From: a virus
Lineage: Duplodnaviria > Caudoviricetes
Virus record (IMG/VR): IMGVR_UViG_3300009163_000037
Coordinates: 1-59,668 of that record
Direction: 5' to 3' (one strand)
DNA length: 59,668 nt
Numbering within the stretch: the stretch's first letter is position 1; the number at the start of each line of letters is the position of its first letter. Under the pieces are notes generated by a model. It was not told the origin of the DNA. It made no database searches and was given only the letters and a program-made list of their open reading frames with translations. The translations under genes were made by a program, and so were the position numbers. This document shows, in pieces, positions 1 to 9,000 of the stretch.

Positions 1-77
1 GAACCCGCAAATACCTGACCTCCGATCAAGTTGATCGGCTTTAGCCCGTAAGGGGCGCTAATAACCGGATAAGCCAT
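1..77 (-). CDS. 5' fragment (MAYPVISAPYGLKPINLIGGQVFAGS...) of capsid decoration/minor head protein; continues at the other end of the window
   Basis: ATG at 77 with upstream AGGAG; manual translation; lies before the major capsid gene if the genome is circularised. Confidence 0.75.
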   Translation of the reverse strand, partial: MAYPVISAPYGLKPINLIGGQVFAG

Positions 78-93
78 AAAGGACTCCTAAAAA

Positions 94-543
94 TTAAATA
101 CCTTTTCCAAAGCTACTCGAAGACTTGCTCTCTTTAAAGAGCGGCATCCGCGCATCGCTTTGACGCATAAGGGTATTGTCTACAGCTTCCATCTGAGCTA
201 CTGTATGTCGATTAAAGTAAGCATTACGTTGTTCAACAAACTCTTCAGGAGTCTTGCAAAGCAATAACCCGCCAATCTCAATATTCTCTTTAAAGCGACT
301 ATTGGGGTCGGCTAACAGTCGGAATTTGGGTTGTTCATCAACTGTAACTGGCTCCCAATGCTCACGGAGTTTGGCCGAGAGATTACGGGGGTCAGCTGTA
401 TTCAAAGTTGAAACACGCACCCAACGATATTTGTACCCGGGCTGCTTGTCTGGTTCAGGAAGTAATTCTGCCGGAGCCCACTGCTTAGGGCGCTCAGCCA
501 TCAAACGATCCTCAAGCTCACGCGGTTTTCTGTTTTCAGCCAT
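94..543 (-). CDS. conserved phage head-module hypothetical protein
   Basis: 149-aa ORF between scaffold and decoration genes, tightly packed. Confidence 0.75.
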   Translation of the reverse strand: MAENRKPRELEDRLMAERPKQWAPAELLPEPDKQPGYKYRWVRVSTLNTADPRNLSAKLREHWEPVTVDEQPKFRLLADPNSRFKENIEIGGLLLCKTPEEFVEQRNAYFNRHTVAQMEAVDNTLMRQSDARMPLFKESKSSSSFGKGI

Positions 544-545
544 TT

Positions 546-1442
546 TTAGGCCTCCAATTTGATTTTCTCCACAGCAAATTGCTCTGGAGTTAGGTTAAAT
601 TTCTTTGCCAGATTGAGTTCACCAGTGGTTAACTTAACCCGTTTTGAGGACGTAGTCCTTGTAGCCGGTGCTACCACCGAGCTTCTCCGGCTAGGCCGGT
701 CATCTTGTTCCTCTGCTTCTCCAAATTTCTCTGGGAACCGCTGTCGGATTGTTCTATTGATCCTATCATAGTACTCTTGTGATGAAACTCTAACACCCTC
801 GCGCTGGAGCTTAGTGTGAAGCCCTAAAGCCAGACTTGTCATCTCTTCATCATCCCCAAACCAGGGATTATCCTGTTGCCAGGCTACCGCTGATGGATCC
901 TCACGAGGTCTTTCGATCCGTGGTTGAGGCGTTTGTACCACATTTTGTTCACGTTCGGCAGGGGCTGGACGGAAGTTTTTGACCTTATCAGCCTTAAGTG
1001 TTGCGGCTGTAAGACGTTCCTGGGCCTCCATTACCTTGTCGGTATCGCCTGAATCATAGGCTTCCCGATAGGCTTTTTTGGCCGCTTCCATCTCCATTTC
1101 CACTGCTCTGGTGACTGAAGTAAGGACGTTTTTCTCGCTATTTGACAGGGTGGATTTGAGCTTTTTGTTCTCTTCCATCAGTCGTTTAGCAAACTCAACA
1201 GTCTCGTTTTGCTCACGCAAAGCCGCTTCTTTCTCACGGCGCTCATCGTGCGCCAGCTTCTTCATTTGAACAAGCTTCTTCTTTACCTTTGTAGAGTAAT
1301 CTTCAAGCTCGTCGCTATAAAGCTCTTCTCTGATTTTCTCAGGCAAAGGGGGTTTATTGCGATCTTGTTCAGGCGTACTATCCTCTACCTCAACAATAAT
1401 CTTTTCTTCTTCCTGTTCATCAGGAAATTTAAATTCATCCAT
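546..1442 (-). CDS. putative capsid scaffolding protein
   Basis: Acidic N-terminus, long coiled coil, W...NPWF motif, basic C-terminal tail; position in head module. Confidence 0.7.
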   Translation of the reverse strand: MDEFKFPDEQEEEKIIVEVEDSTPEQDRNKPPLPEKIREELYSDELEDYSTKVKKKLVQMKKLAHDERREKEAALREQNETVEFAKRLMEENKKLKSTLSNSEKNVLTSVTRAVEMEMEAAKKAYREAYDSGDTDKVMEAQERLTAATLKADKVKNFRPAPAEREQNVVQTPQPRIERPREDPSAVAWQQDNPWFGDDEEMTSLALGLHTKLQREGVRVSSQEYYDRINRTIRQRFPEKFGEAEEQDDRPSRRSSVVAPATRTTSSKRVKLTTGELNLAKKFNLTPEQFAVEKIKLEA

Positions 1443-1451
1443 ATTCGCTCC

Positions 1452-1859
1452 TTATTTGCGGCGGATACCGCGTGGATCTTCAACTACACCCTCAACGGAG
1501 TCATCGTTAATTACACGAAACTCTTTGCCGTGGATTACTAGTCGGGTTCCTGCATGGGGTCTAACTAAAATAAAGTCACCAATCTTGCAGTAAGGGCCAG
1601 ATGGGAACCTGGTTTCATCCTTATAGCAATCCGGGCCTAAGTCCACTACGAACAAGACCGTTGTCAGTAACTCCTCGTTACGAATAGTTTCATCAGACTT
1701 AATAAGTCCAAGGTCACTGTCGTATTCTTTTTCCACTTCTGGAATTGCGCACAATATGCGGTAACCAGACGGCTTTGGTAGCAGTTTGGCTTTTTGTTCC
1801 GCAGACTTATCAAGTATGTTAGATAAATCCACAGCGTTTACGATATCCAAGTTAGTCAT
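1452..1859 (-). CDS. groES: GroES/Cpn10-like co-chaperonin
   Basis: LPKPSGYRIL, VVDLGPD, KIGDFIL, GKEFRVINDDSVEGVVE match Cpn10 pattern; start at 1859 or 1865. Confidence 0.8.
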   Translation of the reverse strand: MTNLDIVNAVDLSNILDKSAEQKAKLLPKPSGYRILCAIPEVEKEYDSDLGLIKSDETIRNEELLTTVLFVVDLGPDCYKDETRFPSGPYCKIGDFILVRPHAGTRLVIHGKEFRVINDDSVEGVVEDPRGIRRK

Positions 1860-2049
1860 CGTCATTAGTTTTGAGTCTTTCCTGTAGGTCTGAGATAAAT
1901 AGACGCGCAGTGAGCAGACCTTTAACCTCACCACACATCTTCTTGTACTCCGAATAATCGTTGGCGTTGCCATCCGCCAGGGCTACTTGGAGTTGGGATA
2001 CTTTGTCTTCTATCTTTGACATTAGAAGTTGTAAATATTTGTCGTTCAT
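1852..2049 (-). CDS. small helical hypothetical protein
   Basis: 65 aa, overlaps portal stop and GroES start. Confidence 0.75.
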   Translation of the reverse strand: MNDKYLQLLMSKIEDKVSQLQVALADGNANDYSEYKKMCGEVKGLLTARLFISDLQERLKTNDDD

Positions 2050-4463
2050 TTAGTGTGTCCAACTAGGTTGGTTAATATGCGCTGGCGCTCTAAATCATTG
2101 TGAGCATCCAGCTCTTCTTTGGATTTAGTTGCATCAGCCTGTAGGCGCAACATATCTATATCCTTTTGGCTCTGGATACGCTCGCGTTCAATCTGTTGCT
2201 GGCTGGCTTTTAGCTGCGCATCCACTTGATCTTTTTGAGCTTTGCGTTGCTGATCTGCACCCTTGATCTGTAACTCTTGCTGTTGCATTTGGATAAGCGG
2301 ATCTTGAGCCAGTTGCTGAGCCTGGGCCTGTTGGGCCTGAGCCATATTGGTTTGCATGACCTGTGCGCTGGCCTGAGCAATAAGCCGAGACAGTTGAACT
2401 TCAACATCGTCTGGCAGCGGCTCATCCGGGGGAGGAAGAGGTACGCCCATCTGTTTCTCAACCAAGGTGCGGTAGTAGAAGCCAAGATGTTCAGCGATAT
2501 GTGCCTGGAGTGCAGCCATGATTGCGTTAGCCTGCGGGTTCTGGCCGATGGTCTTCATGATCATAGGATCTTGCATGAACATCTGGTGGGTCGCAATGTG
2601 AGCTTGCTGATCTTGAGTAATAAACGCTTTCATTGGCTTACCCTTGAGCGCGTTCATGTTCTCGCTTACTGGATCAATTGGCTTTTCATCATCAGGTAGC
2701 GGGACAAGCTTTTCTGCATTCTTAATACCCAGCACATCTAGCATCTGGCGGTGGAGCTGTGGTAGGTCATAAATCTGCGGAGCGCCGTTGGATAATTGAA
2801 TGACGGCCTGATACTGCACAATCTTCTGAGCCATCGTCGCCGCGTTGGGGTCAGAGACCGGAATAACTGTAACAAGGTCATAGTCGGACTGTTTAGCTTT
2901 GGGTGAGCCTTCAACTGGATCATAGTTATAGTCGGGCGGGGTAAAGTCGCGGATGATGTCGCGAAGAAGCCCCAGCTCCTGCTTAAACGAGTAGTGAATG
3001 CGCGCCTGAACGGCAGTCATTACTTTCAGGGTGCGCTCAAGGATAGCCAGGGTTGTACCAACGGGAGAATTGGCGGACATATCGGCTACTTGGATGTCGG
3101 CAGCAGAAGCAAACTTACGTCCTTCTTCTACGATCTTGTCCAGCAACAGTGCCAGCACCTGACTAGGTTCCTTGTAAGGAAGAGCCATGATGTTTTCAGC
3201 AATAGTCCCGCTAGGTACGTCAACATCGCGCCATTCTGCTGGGCCGATGGGTGTATCGTCACCCTTTACACGCAGACCACGGGTTTTAAAACCTCCAGGC
3301 AGGTTAGCAAGGGTTCCGGCGTCCACCAATTGGCGAAGAATGGATGTTCCAGACTTGGCAAACGCGCCAACAAGGTGAATCAGGCCAAAACAGTAGAAAC
3401 CAAAGCCAGGAACGTAGCCATAGTGGACGTAATGCTGGCGTTTTGTGTTCAGATCATCGTCTTTTTCCCAGTTACGGCGGATTGCAAGGCACTTCATGCT
3501 ACCTTTTTCAATCGTAACTATATAAGGGAGCGCAATTCCTGTAGGTTCGCCGTGTTTGTCGGTGTGTTCGTACCCTTCAAGGTCTAAATACACGTTCATT
3601 TCCAAGATTTTGTAGCGATCATCCGTTTGGGCGCGAAATCCCATCTTCTCGGCAATCTTTTTCTCTACTTCATCAAGGGTATTGCTTGGCTCACCCAAGT
3701 CAATGTCAGCATAAAACCCAGCTACTTGTAATTTTCTTAGTTCATTTTCCGTCTTACGCATCACATGGGTAATACGCGGAGAGGTTTGAAGGTCAGAAGC
3801 TCCGTAAGGCACAACCAAATCTTCAGCCGGAACAAAAATAGAGGTCTGGCGGTCAAGGCTGGGGTCAAAGTAGACCTTCTTAAAGGCATTACCGGAAAGA
3901 CCTAGACCCCACAACATACGCTCATGCTCAGGACGGAACTCAGTCATGACATCCGTCAGCTGATAGTTCATGTCATCAGCAACCCGGGTGGCGGCTTGTT
4001 TCTTTTCAGGGGTTTCTTTGCCGATGATCTGGGTCTTCACCGGGCCTGCTGCCGGGAAGGTGCTCATCATGACCTCTGCCTGGAACTTAACAACAGCCTC
4101 AGACAGGAGAGGATGGTAAACCCCGCACGCCCCAATCCAGGGGTCAGCGCGTTCTTCAATCTTCATTCCTAGAAGTTCAAGACCATCAGTGTAGGTCTGC
4201 ATCCAGTCTTTGCGTGAGTTAACGTCATCGTCAAAGTCAGCCATCAGGTCAGAAACAATACCTGTGACTACATCGTCAGGCAGGCTCTCAACCAGGTTGG
4301 CATCAAAGTCATCTTCAACACTACCTATCTTGATCTCAGTGTCGCCTACGTTAATAGTTACTGACTCAGGATCTACAATCTCAATTTCAATCGCGTCCTC
4401 TTGGTCAGGGGCTAAAGATTCAAGACCCATAGGGGCGGCGTATAGTGACTTTTCAATGGACAT
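2046..4463 (-). CDS. portal protein (P22-like, long Gln-rich C-terminal barrel)
   Basis: 805 aa directly after terL; HPLLSEAVVKFQA, GNAFKKVYFD, GFGFYCFGL motifs; coiled-coil C-terminus. Confidence 0.9.
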   Translation of the reverse strand: MSIEKSLYAAPMGLESLAPDQEDAIEIEIVDPESVTINVGDTEIKIGSVEDDFDANLVESLPDDVVTGIVSDLMADFDDDVNSRKDWMQTYTDGLELLGMKIEERADPWIGACGVYHPLLSEAVVKFQAEVMMSTFPAAGPVKTQIIGKETPEKKQAATRVADDMNYQLTDVMTEFRPEHERMLWGLGLSGNAFKKVYFDPSLDRQTSIFVPAEDLVVPYGASDLQTSPRITHVMRKTENELRKLQVAGFYADIDLGEPSNTLDEVEKKIAEKMGFRAQTDDRYKILEMNVYLDLEGYEHTDKHGEPTGIALPYIVTIEKGSMKCLAIRRNWEKDDDLNTKRQHYVHYGYVPGFGFYCFGLIHLVGAFAKSGTSILRQLVDAGTLANLPGGFKTRGLRVKGDDTPIGPAEWRDVDVPSGTIAENIMALPYKEPSQVLALLLDKIVEEGRKFASAADIQVADMSANSPVGTTLAILERTLKVMTAVQARIHYSFKQELGLLRDIIRDFTPPDYNYDPVEGSPKAKQSDYDLVTVIPVSDPNAATMAQKIVQYQAVIQLSNGAPQIYDLPQLHRQMLDVLGIKNAEKLVPLPDDEKPIDPVSENMNALKGKPMKAFITQDQQAHIATHQMFMQDPMIMKTIGQNPQANAIMAALQAHIAEHLGFYYRTLVEKQMGVPLPPPDEPLPDDVEVQLSRLIAQASAQVMQTNMAQAQQAQAQQLAQDPLIQMQQQELQIKGADQQRKAQKDQVDAQLKASQQQIERERIQSQKDIDMLRLQADATKSKEELDAHNDLERQRILTNLVGHTK

Positions 4464-4471
4464 ACTAATCC

Positions 4472-5971
4472 TTAGTAATAAGATACCTTGCGCCTAAACG
4501 AACGAATCTCATCTTGCTCGTCCGTTTGTAGGCGTATAAAGCCGCCTTTTCTGAACCTGATTAATGCTTGGGTGGCGGAGTCAACCAAGTCATCATGGTC
4601 TGAGTTAGGGAAAGCGGCCATCTCTTCCATTAGCTCGTCAGCCCAGCGGGTAGAGGGAGCCCATACTTTTCCACTAGCAAACAGATCAGATACAGAGTTA
4701 ATCCTCACCATCTTATCATTACCCCTGCTCGGCGTAAACTCCTGGACGGGGATCCCCATCGCTCTTAATTCAAAGATCAACGGGGCTCCCGAAGCTTTGG
4801 CCTCGACAATAAAAGCATCTGGCTCCCATTCCTTGTAATGGTTAAAGGCTTTCTCCTTTAGCTCAGGGAACTCCATCCGGCGTTTAAAAGCGTCGAGCAA
4901 AATGATGTGGGCGTCGTTCTCGTTCTCATTTAAATAAAACACCCCCCAGGTCGTGCAGGCAGAATAGTCAGCCCGTTCCGATTTTAAAAATGCGGTATCC
5001 CAGCTTTGGATAATAAATTCACACCGGGGGGGTTTATCCTCTTTCCATTCCTTCCACCACTCCCGTTTAACAATAGCCCCCTCCTCAGAGGTCGGGCTTT
5101 GCTGATACTGGGCGTTCCATTTTGAGGCGGGTAGTTCTGACCTTAAAGCCTCCAGCTCCTCTAGCTTCCAAAACTCAGGCCATAGGGGTTTATCACTAGG
5201 AAGGATCGCAGGGAAGTCGATCACCTCCCAGTCGTCGTTTCCTTCTTTATCAATAGAGGACTGAAGGATTCTTCCGGTCAGGTCTCTTTTGGCCCAGCGG
5301 GTCATAACTACAACAATAGTCCCTCCAGGCTGTAGACGTTGTCGTGGGCCAGATGTGTACCACTCGTAGACTTTGTCAAAGACAGAAGGATCTCCGGCGG
5401 CCAGGGCGGCTTCTTGCTCTGAGTGAGGGTCGTCAATAATCAGTAGATCCGCACCTTTACCGGTTACAGTTCCTCCGACTCCGATAGCGAAATATTCCCC
5501 ATCCTTATTAGTAGACCAACGTCCGGCGGCTTTACTGTCTTGCCTTAAACTTACGTTAGGGAAGATCTTGGAGTACTGCTCACTGCCAACAAGGTTCCTT
5601 ACCTTACGTCCAAACCCCACCGCAAGGTCAGCCGTATTAGATGTCTGGATAATCTTCTTATCAGGGTATTTACCTAGAAACCAGGCCGGTAGCATATAAC
5701 TTGCAAACTCAGACTTGGTATGGCGGGGTGGCATATTGATGATCAGGCGTTTGATTTTCCCGTTCACAACGTCCTCAAACTTGCGCGCCATCACTTTATG
5801 GTGCCGGCCATTAATAAACCCCGGCCACATTGAATGAACAAATTTTAAAAAATCTACCTGGGCTTCCTCTCGTACCAAACTTGACCGGTACTCATCTAGC
5901 TCGTCAAAGAAAGCCTCCTGCTCATTCGAGGGCAGAAGGGCTATCGCTTTACTTATGGCGTCAATATTCAT
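4472..5971 (-). CDS. terL: terminase large subunit
   Basis: Walker A-like NMPPRHTKS, Walker B LLIIDDP, RNase H-like nuclease SWDTA ... HDDLVDS. Confidence 0.95.
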   Translation of the reverse strand: MNIDAISKAIALLPSNEQEAFFDELDEYRSSLVREEAQVDFLKFVHSMWPGFINGRHHKVMARKFEDVVNGKIKRLIINMPPRHTKSEFASYMLPAWFLGKYPDKKIIQTSNTADLAVGFGRKVRNLVGSEQYSKIFPNVSLRQDSKAAGRWSTNKDGEYFAIGVGGTVTGKGADLLIIDDPHSEQEAALAAGDPSVFDKVYEWYTSGPRQRLQPGGTIVVVMTRWAKRDLTGRILQSSIDKEGNDDWEVIDFPAILPSDKPLWPEFWKLEELEALRSELPASKWNAQYQQSPTSEEGAIVKREWWKEWKEDKPPRCEFIIQSWDTAFLKSERADYSACTTWGVFYLNENENDAHIILLDAFKRRMEFPELKEKAFNHYKEWEPDAFIVEAKASGAPLIFELRAMGIPVQEFTPSRGNDKMVRINSVSDLFASGKVWAPSTRWADELMEEMAAFPNSDHDDLVDSATQALIRFRKGGFIRLQTDEQDEIRSFRRKVSYY

Positions 5972-6189
5972 ATGTTGCGCATCGACAAATAACTAGGCCG
6001 GACACTGCGGGCGCTCCTGCTCATCCTTTTACATATCCCAAGATCACACAACTTCTTCACAATCCGATGAACATTCCCGCGCCCCTTATCCCCCGTCTGG
6101 TACATGATATCGTCTATCGACGGCCCATACCCAAAGTTCTTCCAGTACTCATCTATCACTAGGAAGACAGTCCTCTGTTTCTCAGTCAT
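5968..6189 (-). CDS. LexA N-terminal-type winged-HTH DNA-binding protein (no peptidase domain)
   Basis: MTEKQRTVFLVIDEYWKNFGYGPSIDDI...VHRIVKKLCDLG...SARSV follows LexA DBD pattern; SD AAGGA before ATG 6189 (alternative start 6237). Confidence 0.75.
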   Translation of the reverse strand: MTEKQRTVFLVIDEYWKNFGYGPSIDDIMYQTGDKGRGNVHRIVKKLCDLGICKRMSRSARSVRPSYLSMRNI

Positions 6190-6237
6190 TTGATATTCCT
6201 TCTTCTTAACAAGGTAGGGGCTGGTAGGGTGCTTCAT

Positions 6238-6280
6238 AACTGTATCACTGATCTAGTTCAACTGTATCAATGATCAAGTT
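6238..6280. promoter_or_regulatory. tandem pair of 21-bp imperfect palindromes (AACTGTATCA-N-TGATCWAGTT), candidate protein-binding sites
   Basis: 6238-6258 aactgtatcactgatctagtt and 6260-6280 aactgtatcaatgatcaagtt; further copies at 8016, 18703, 55818. Confidence 0.75.
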
Positions 6281-6308
6281 GAAAAAAATATATACCCCCC
6301 ACCCTTTT

Positions 6309-7052
6309 TTACATGGACTCAAAGGGGGGGTCTGATTTTTGATGAGATTGTTTGAGTGGAATAGTATGTAATGACTCCCCTGTGCGCGGCTGGCCCAAAA
6401 GCGGGGCCCCCTCTCCGGTGGGGTCGCTGGGGGCTGGATCGTCGATGGGCTGGGGATCGCTGGCTGCAGCTGGAGCCTGGGCGCCCTTGATCTCTGCCAG
6501 TAGGTCTAAGGCATCATCGGCCACTATGTTGGCGTCAACTGTAACGGCCTGCAGCCTGGACAATAGGCGGGCGCGGATATCGTCGGATCGATTGACTGTG
6601 GTTATCTCTTTGCGCTCTACGAAGGCGCCTACCTCGAAGAGGGAGCCCAGTAGCTTCAAGCATTGGACGCGGGACGCTGGGGGAAAGTCATCATCGAGGG
6701 AGTGCTGCACCAGCTGCTGCACGAGCAGAGCCTTCAGCTGAGCCGGTGTTCGGTGTTTCTCAGCCTCTATCGCCAGCTTGTACGCCTCTATCTCCCGCGA
6801 CACGGCAGGGTTTGCGGCCAGCTCATACGGCGCAGTATGTAGCGTGGCTGGTGTAGCGTCTACCTTGTAGTTATCCCTGTACGCTTGTGCCTTACTGGCC
6901 CCTAGTGCTACTGCATGGGCAAAGCTTTTCTGTTTCGCAGTTAATGCGGGCTTTTTGCCTGTGCCACTACTTAGCAATGATTCAATCGGGATAGTGTCTA
7001 GCCCTTGCTTGATCTGCGCGCGCGTGAGCTTTTGAGTTTGTTGGTTTGCCAT
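6309..7052 (-). CDS. terS: putative terminase small subunit
   Basis: LTAKQKSFA...KAQAYRDNY HTH-like start, SRVQCLKLLG, FVERKEI; upstream of terL; start taken at MANQQ. Confidence 0.7.
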   Translation of the reverse strand: MANQQTQKLTRAQIKQGLDTIPIESLLSSGTGKKPALTAKQKSFAHAVALGASKAQAYRDNYKVDATPATLHTAPYELAANPAVSREIEAYKLAIEAEKHRTPAQLKALLVQQLVQHSLDDDFPPASRVQCLKLLGSLFEVGAFVERKEITTVNRSDDIRARLLSRLQAVTVDANIVADDALDLLAEIKGAQAPAAASDPQPIDDPAPSDPTGEGAPLLGQPRTGESLHTIPLKQSHQKSDPPFESM

Positions 7053-7247
7053 TGTCTGAACCGCCCGTTTACTTTGTGACTGTGCAGTATAAATTAAGAA
7101 CGGCCCGACTGTATCACAACCGCTAAGCCCACACAATAGACCGCACGTTTACAAATTAGACCGCGATGCCTACGCATTAGACCAACCAGGCTAGATTGTG
7201 ACCGCCCGTAGAAGTCAATTCTATAAATTGATACCGTATAAAACCCC

Positions 7248-7276
7248 TTGACAGGGTATATAGCACATGAGAGCAT
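7248..7276 (+). promoter_or_regulatory. candidate sigma70 early promoter
   Basis: Perfect TTGACA at 7248-7253, 17-bp spacer, weak TGn-GAGCAT -10; upstream of first early gene. Confidence 0.4.
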
Positions 7277-7322
7277 AACTACTCGTCTGTTTTATTAACC
7301 CGCTTACTTAGGAGCTCTTACT

Positions 7323-7724
7323 GTGAAACCCCTCTATCTGATTGCCTGTAGTGCTGCGAAGCTTGATCACGCCGCGCCAGCTGCCCAGCTCTACACCGGC
7401 CAAGCTTTCAAGCTTGCAATGGCCGCAGCCGGCCGCGCTGGTGCTGATGTACTGATACTCAGCGGCCTGTATGGCGCCATATCTCCCGATGCCATCATTG
7501 AGCCCTATAACTGCGCACTCTCAAAGCTCGATAAACGCGGGCGCCTTATATGGGAAATCACAACCGCCGCAGAGCTGATGCAGCACCGAGACCGCACTAT
7601 CGTTGTGCTGGCCGGTAAACACTACGCCAAAGCCCTAGCGGGTTTTCCTAACGTTTCCTACCCCTTACGCGGCCAGGGTATCGGCCAGCAACTAGCAACA
7701 CTGAAAGGGCTTTCCAATGCTTAA
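7323..7724 (+). CDS. DUF6884-like protein
   Basis: LIACSAAK...PAAQLYTG..F...ILSGLYG...IEPYN...VLAGKHY...GIGQQL pattern; GTG start with GGAG SD. Confidence 0.65.
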   Translation: MKPLYLIACSAAKLDHAAPAAQLYTGQAFKLAMAAAGRAGADVLILSGLYGAISPDAIIEPYNCALSKLDKRGRLIWEITTAAELMQHRDRTIVVLAGKHYAKALAGFPNVSYPLRGQGIGQQLATLKGLSNA

Positions 7725-7989
7725 GACCATGACCGCGAAATTCTCCGGAACGTGCAGCCGCACCGGCCAGCGCATACAACGCGGGCAAACTATCGTGTAC
7801 GACACTGTCAAACGAACGGCCAGCCTTTTAAATTTCGACGGATTCGAGGGACGCGAGAACGCGGCCGGCGACTATATCCGCGACGATTATGTTAGCCATG
7901 TTATCGATTTTGGCATGGGGCGCCAGTACTACCGGAACAAAGCCGGACGCTGCGAGGATGCCCCTTGCTGCGGATGCTGCACGATATGA
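7717..7989 (+). CDS. early hypothetical protein with Cys-rich C-terminus (GRCEDAPCCGCC)
   Basis: Overlapping start/stop with neighbours; putative metal-binding motif. Confidence 0.75.
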   Translation: MLKTMTAKFSGTCSRTGQRIQRGQTIVYDTVKRTASLLNFDGFEGRENAAGDYIRDDYVSHVIDFGMGRQYYRNKAGRCEDAPCCGCCTI

Positions 7990-8099
7990 GACAGCACTAT
8001 CAGATCCCCCGCCGCAACTGTATCAGTGATCTAGTTGGCGCCGTTATTTGCGCCATTGTCTGGGGCGCCGTTTTTTACTTGTTTTACTTTGGAGCTTAA
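7986..8099 (+). CDS. 37-aa single-pass membrane peptide (MRQHYQIPRRNCISDLVGAVICAIVWGAVFYLFYFGA)
   Basis: Manual translation; ATGA overlap with the previous gene; below ORF-track cutoff. Confidence 0.6.
   Translation: MRQHYQIPRRNCISDLVGAVICAIVWGAVFYLFYFGA
8016..8036. promoter_or_regulatory. copy of 21-bp palindromic motif
   Basis: aactgtatcagtgatctagtt. Confidence 0.7.
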
Positions 8100-8102
8100 A
8101 TT

Positions 8103-8312
8103 ATGACCACACAAAAAGAAATTCGCGCCGCTTTTTGGGCCGCGCATCCCACCCTAATTCGCCGCCGCCACCGCTACGCCTGGAGCGCGAGCGATAAAAC
8201 CGGCGAGCTGATTCACCACATTGACGCCCGCATGAGTTTCGCTGATTACGTCGACCAGCTGGCGCGCGATGGCATTATCTCCAACGCACTAGCCCAAAGG
8301 GTGACGCTATGA
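8103..8312 (+). CDS. early hypothetical protein
   Basis: GGAG SD; coupled to next gene. Confidence 0.75.
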   Translation: MTTQKEIRAAFWAAHPTLIRRRHRYAWSASDKTGELIHHIDARMSFADYVDQLARDGIISNALAQRVTL

Positions 8313-8998
8313 GCTACACATTCATTCGCGCGAGCGCAAACCGCAAAACCGGCCCGATCCCCCAAACCTATAGCCTGCGCGCCACTTGCCCGCCCAGCTG
8401 CGCGCATTATGGCGCCGATTGCTATGGTGAAGACTATTTCACCCGTATGCAGTGGGATAAAGTACCCGCGCGCGGCGTGCCCATCGACCAGCTGGCCGGC
8501 CATATCCGAAGCCTGCCGCCGCGCCAGCTTTGGCGAATGAATGTCGCTGGCGACCTCCCGGGCATTGGGGAAAACGTCGACGCCTACGAGCTGGGGCAAA
8601 TAGTGGCCGCGAATATCGGCCGCCGAGGGTTTACCTATACCCACAAGCACAGCGCCCAGGCTATTAATTGGGCGCGCCACGCGACCGCATGGGGCTTTAC
8701 CATTAACCTAAGCGCCGATGATGCCGGCCACGCCGACCAGCTCAGCGGGCAGGGTTTGCCTGTGGTTTGTATTGTCCCCAGCGATACCCCCAAACTGTCT
8801 TACACGCCCGAGGGGCGCCGCATTGTGGTTTGCGAATCCCAAACCCGCGACGAATCGACGTGCGAGAACTGCGGCAATTGGGACGCATGGTGCGCACGCG
8901 CCGACCGCGATTTTATCGTTGGATTCCGAGCCCACGGAACCCGAGCAAAGCGCACCGACCAGCTGGCGCGCAAAGTAATACCTATTTTGAAAGGCTAA
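8309..8998 (+). CDS. Cys-rich GP88/radical-SAM-like phage protein
   Basis: N.KTG...TCPPSC...CY, R.NVAGD, FTYTH, INLSAD, TCENC...C motifs. Confidence 0.55.
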   Translation: MSYTFIRASANRKTGPIPQTYSLRATCPPSCAHYGADCYGEDYFTRMQWDKVPARGVPIDQLAGHIRSLPPRQLWRMNVAGDLPGIGENVDAYELGQIVAANIGRRGFTYTHKHSAQAINWARHATAWGFTINLSADDAGHADQLSGQGLPVVCIVPSDTPKLSYTPEGRRIVVCESQTRDESTCENCGNWDAWCARADRDFIVGFRAHGTRAKRTDQLARKVIPILKG

Positions 8999-9000
8999 CC

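Noticed and set aside
22-38. Perfect inverted repeat ccgatcaa-g-ttgatcgg
   Set aside because: Single copy within conserved coding sequence (KPINLIG); probably incidental
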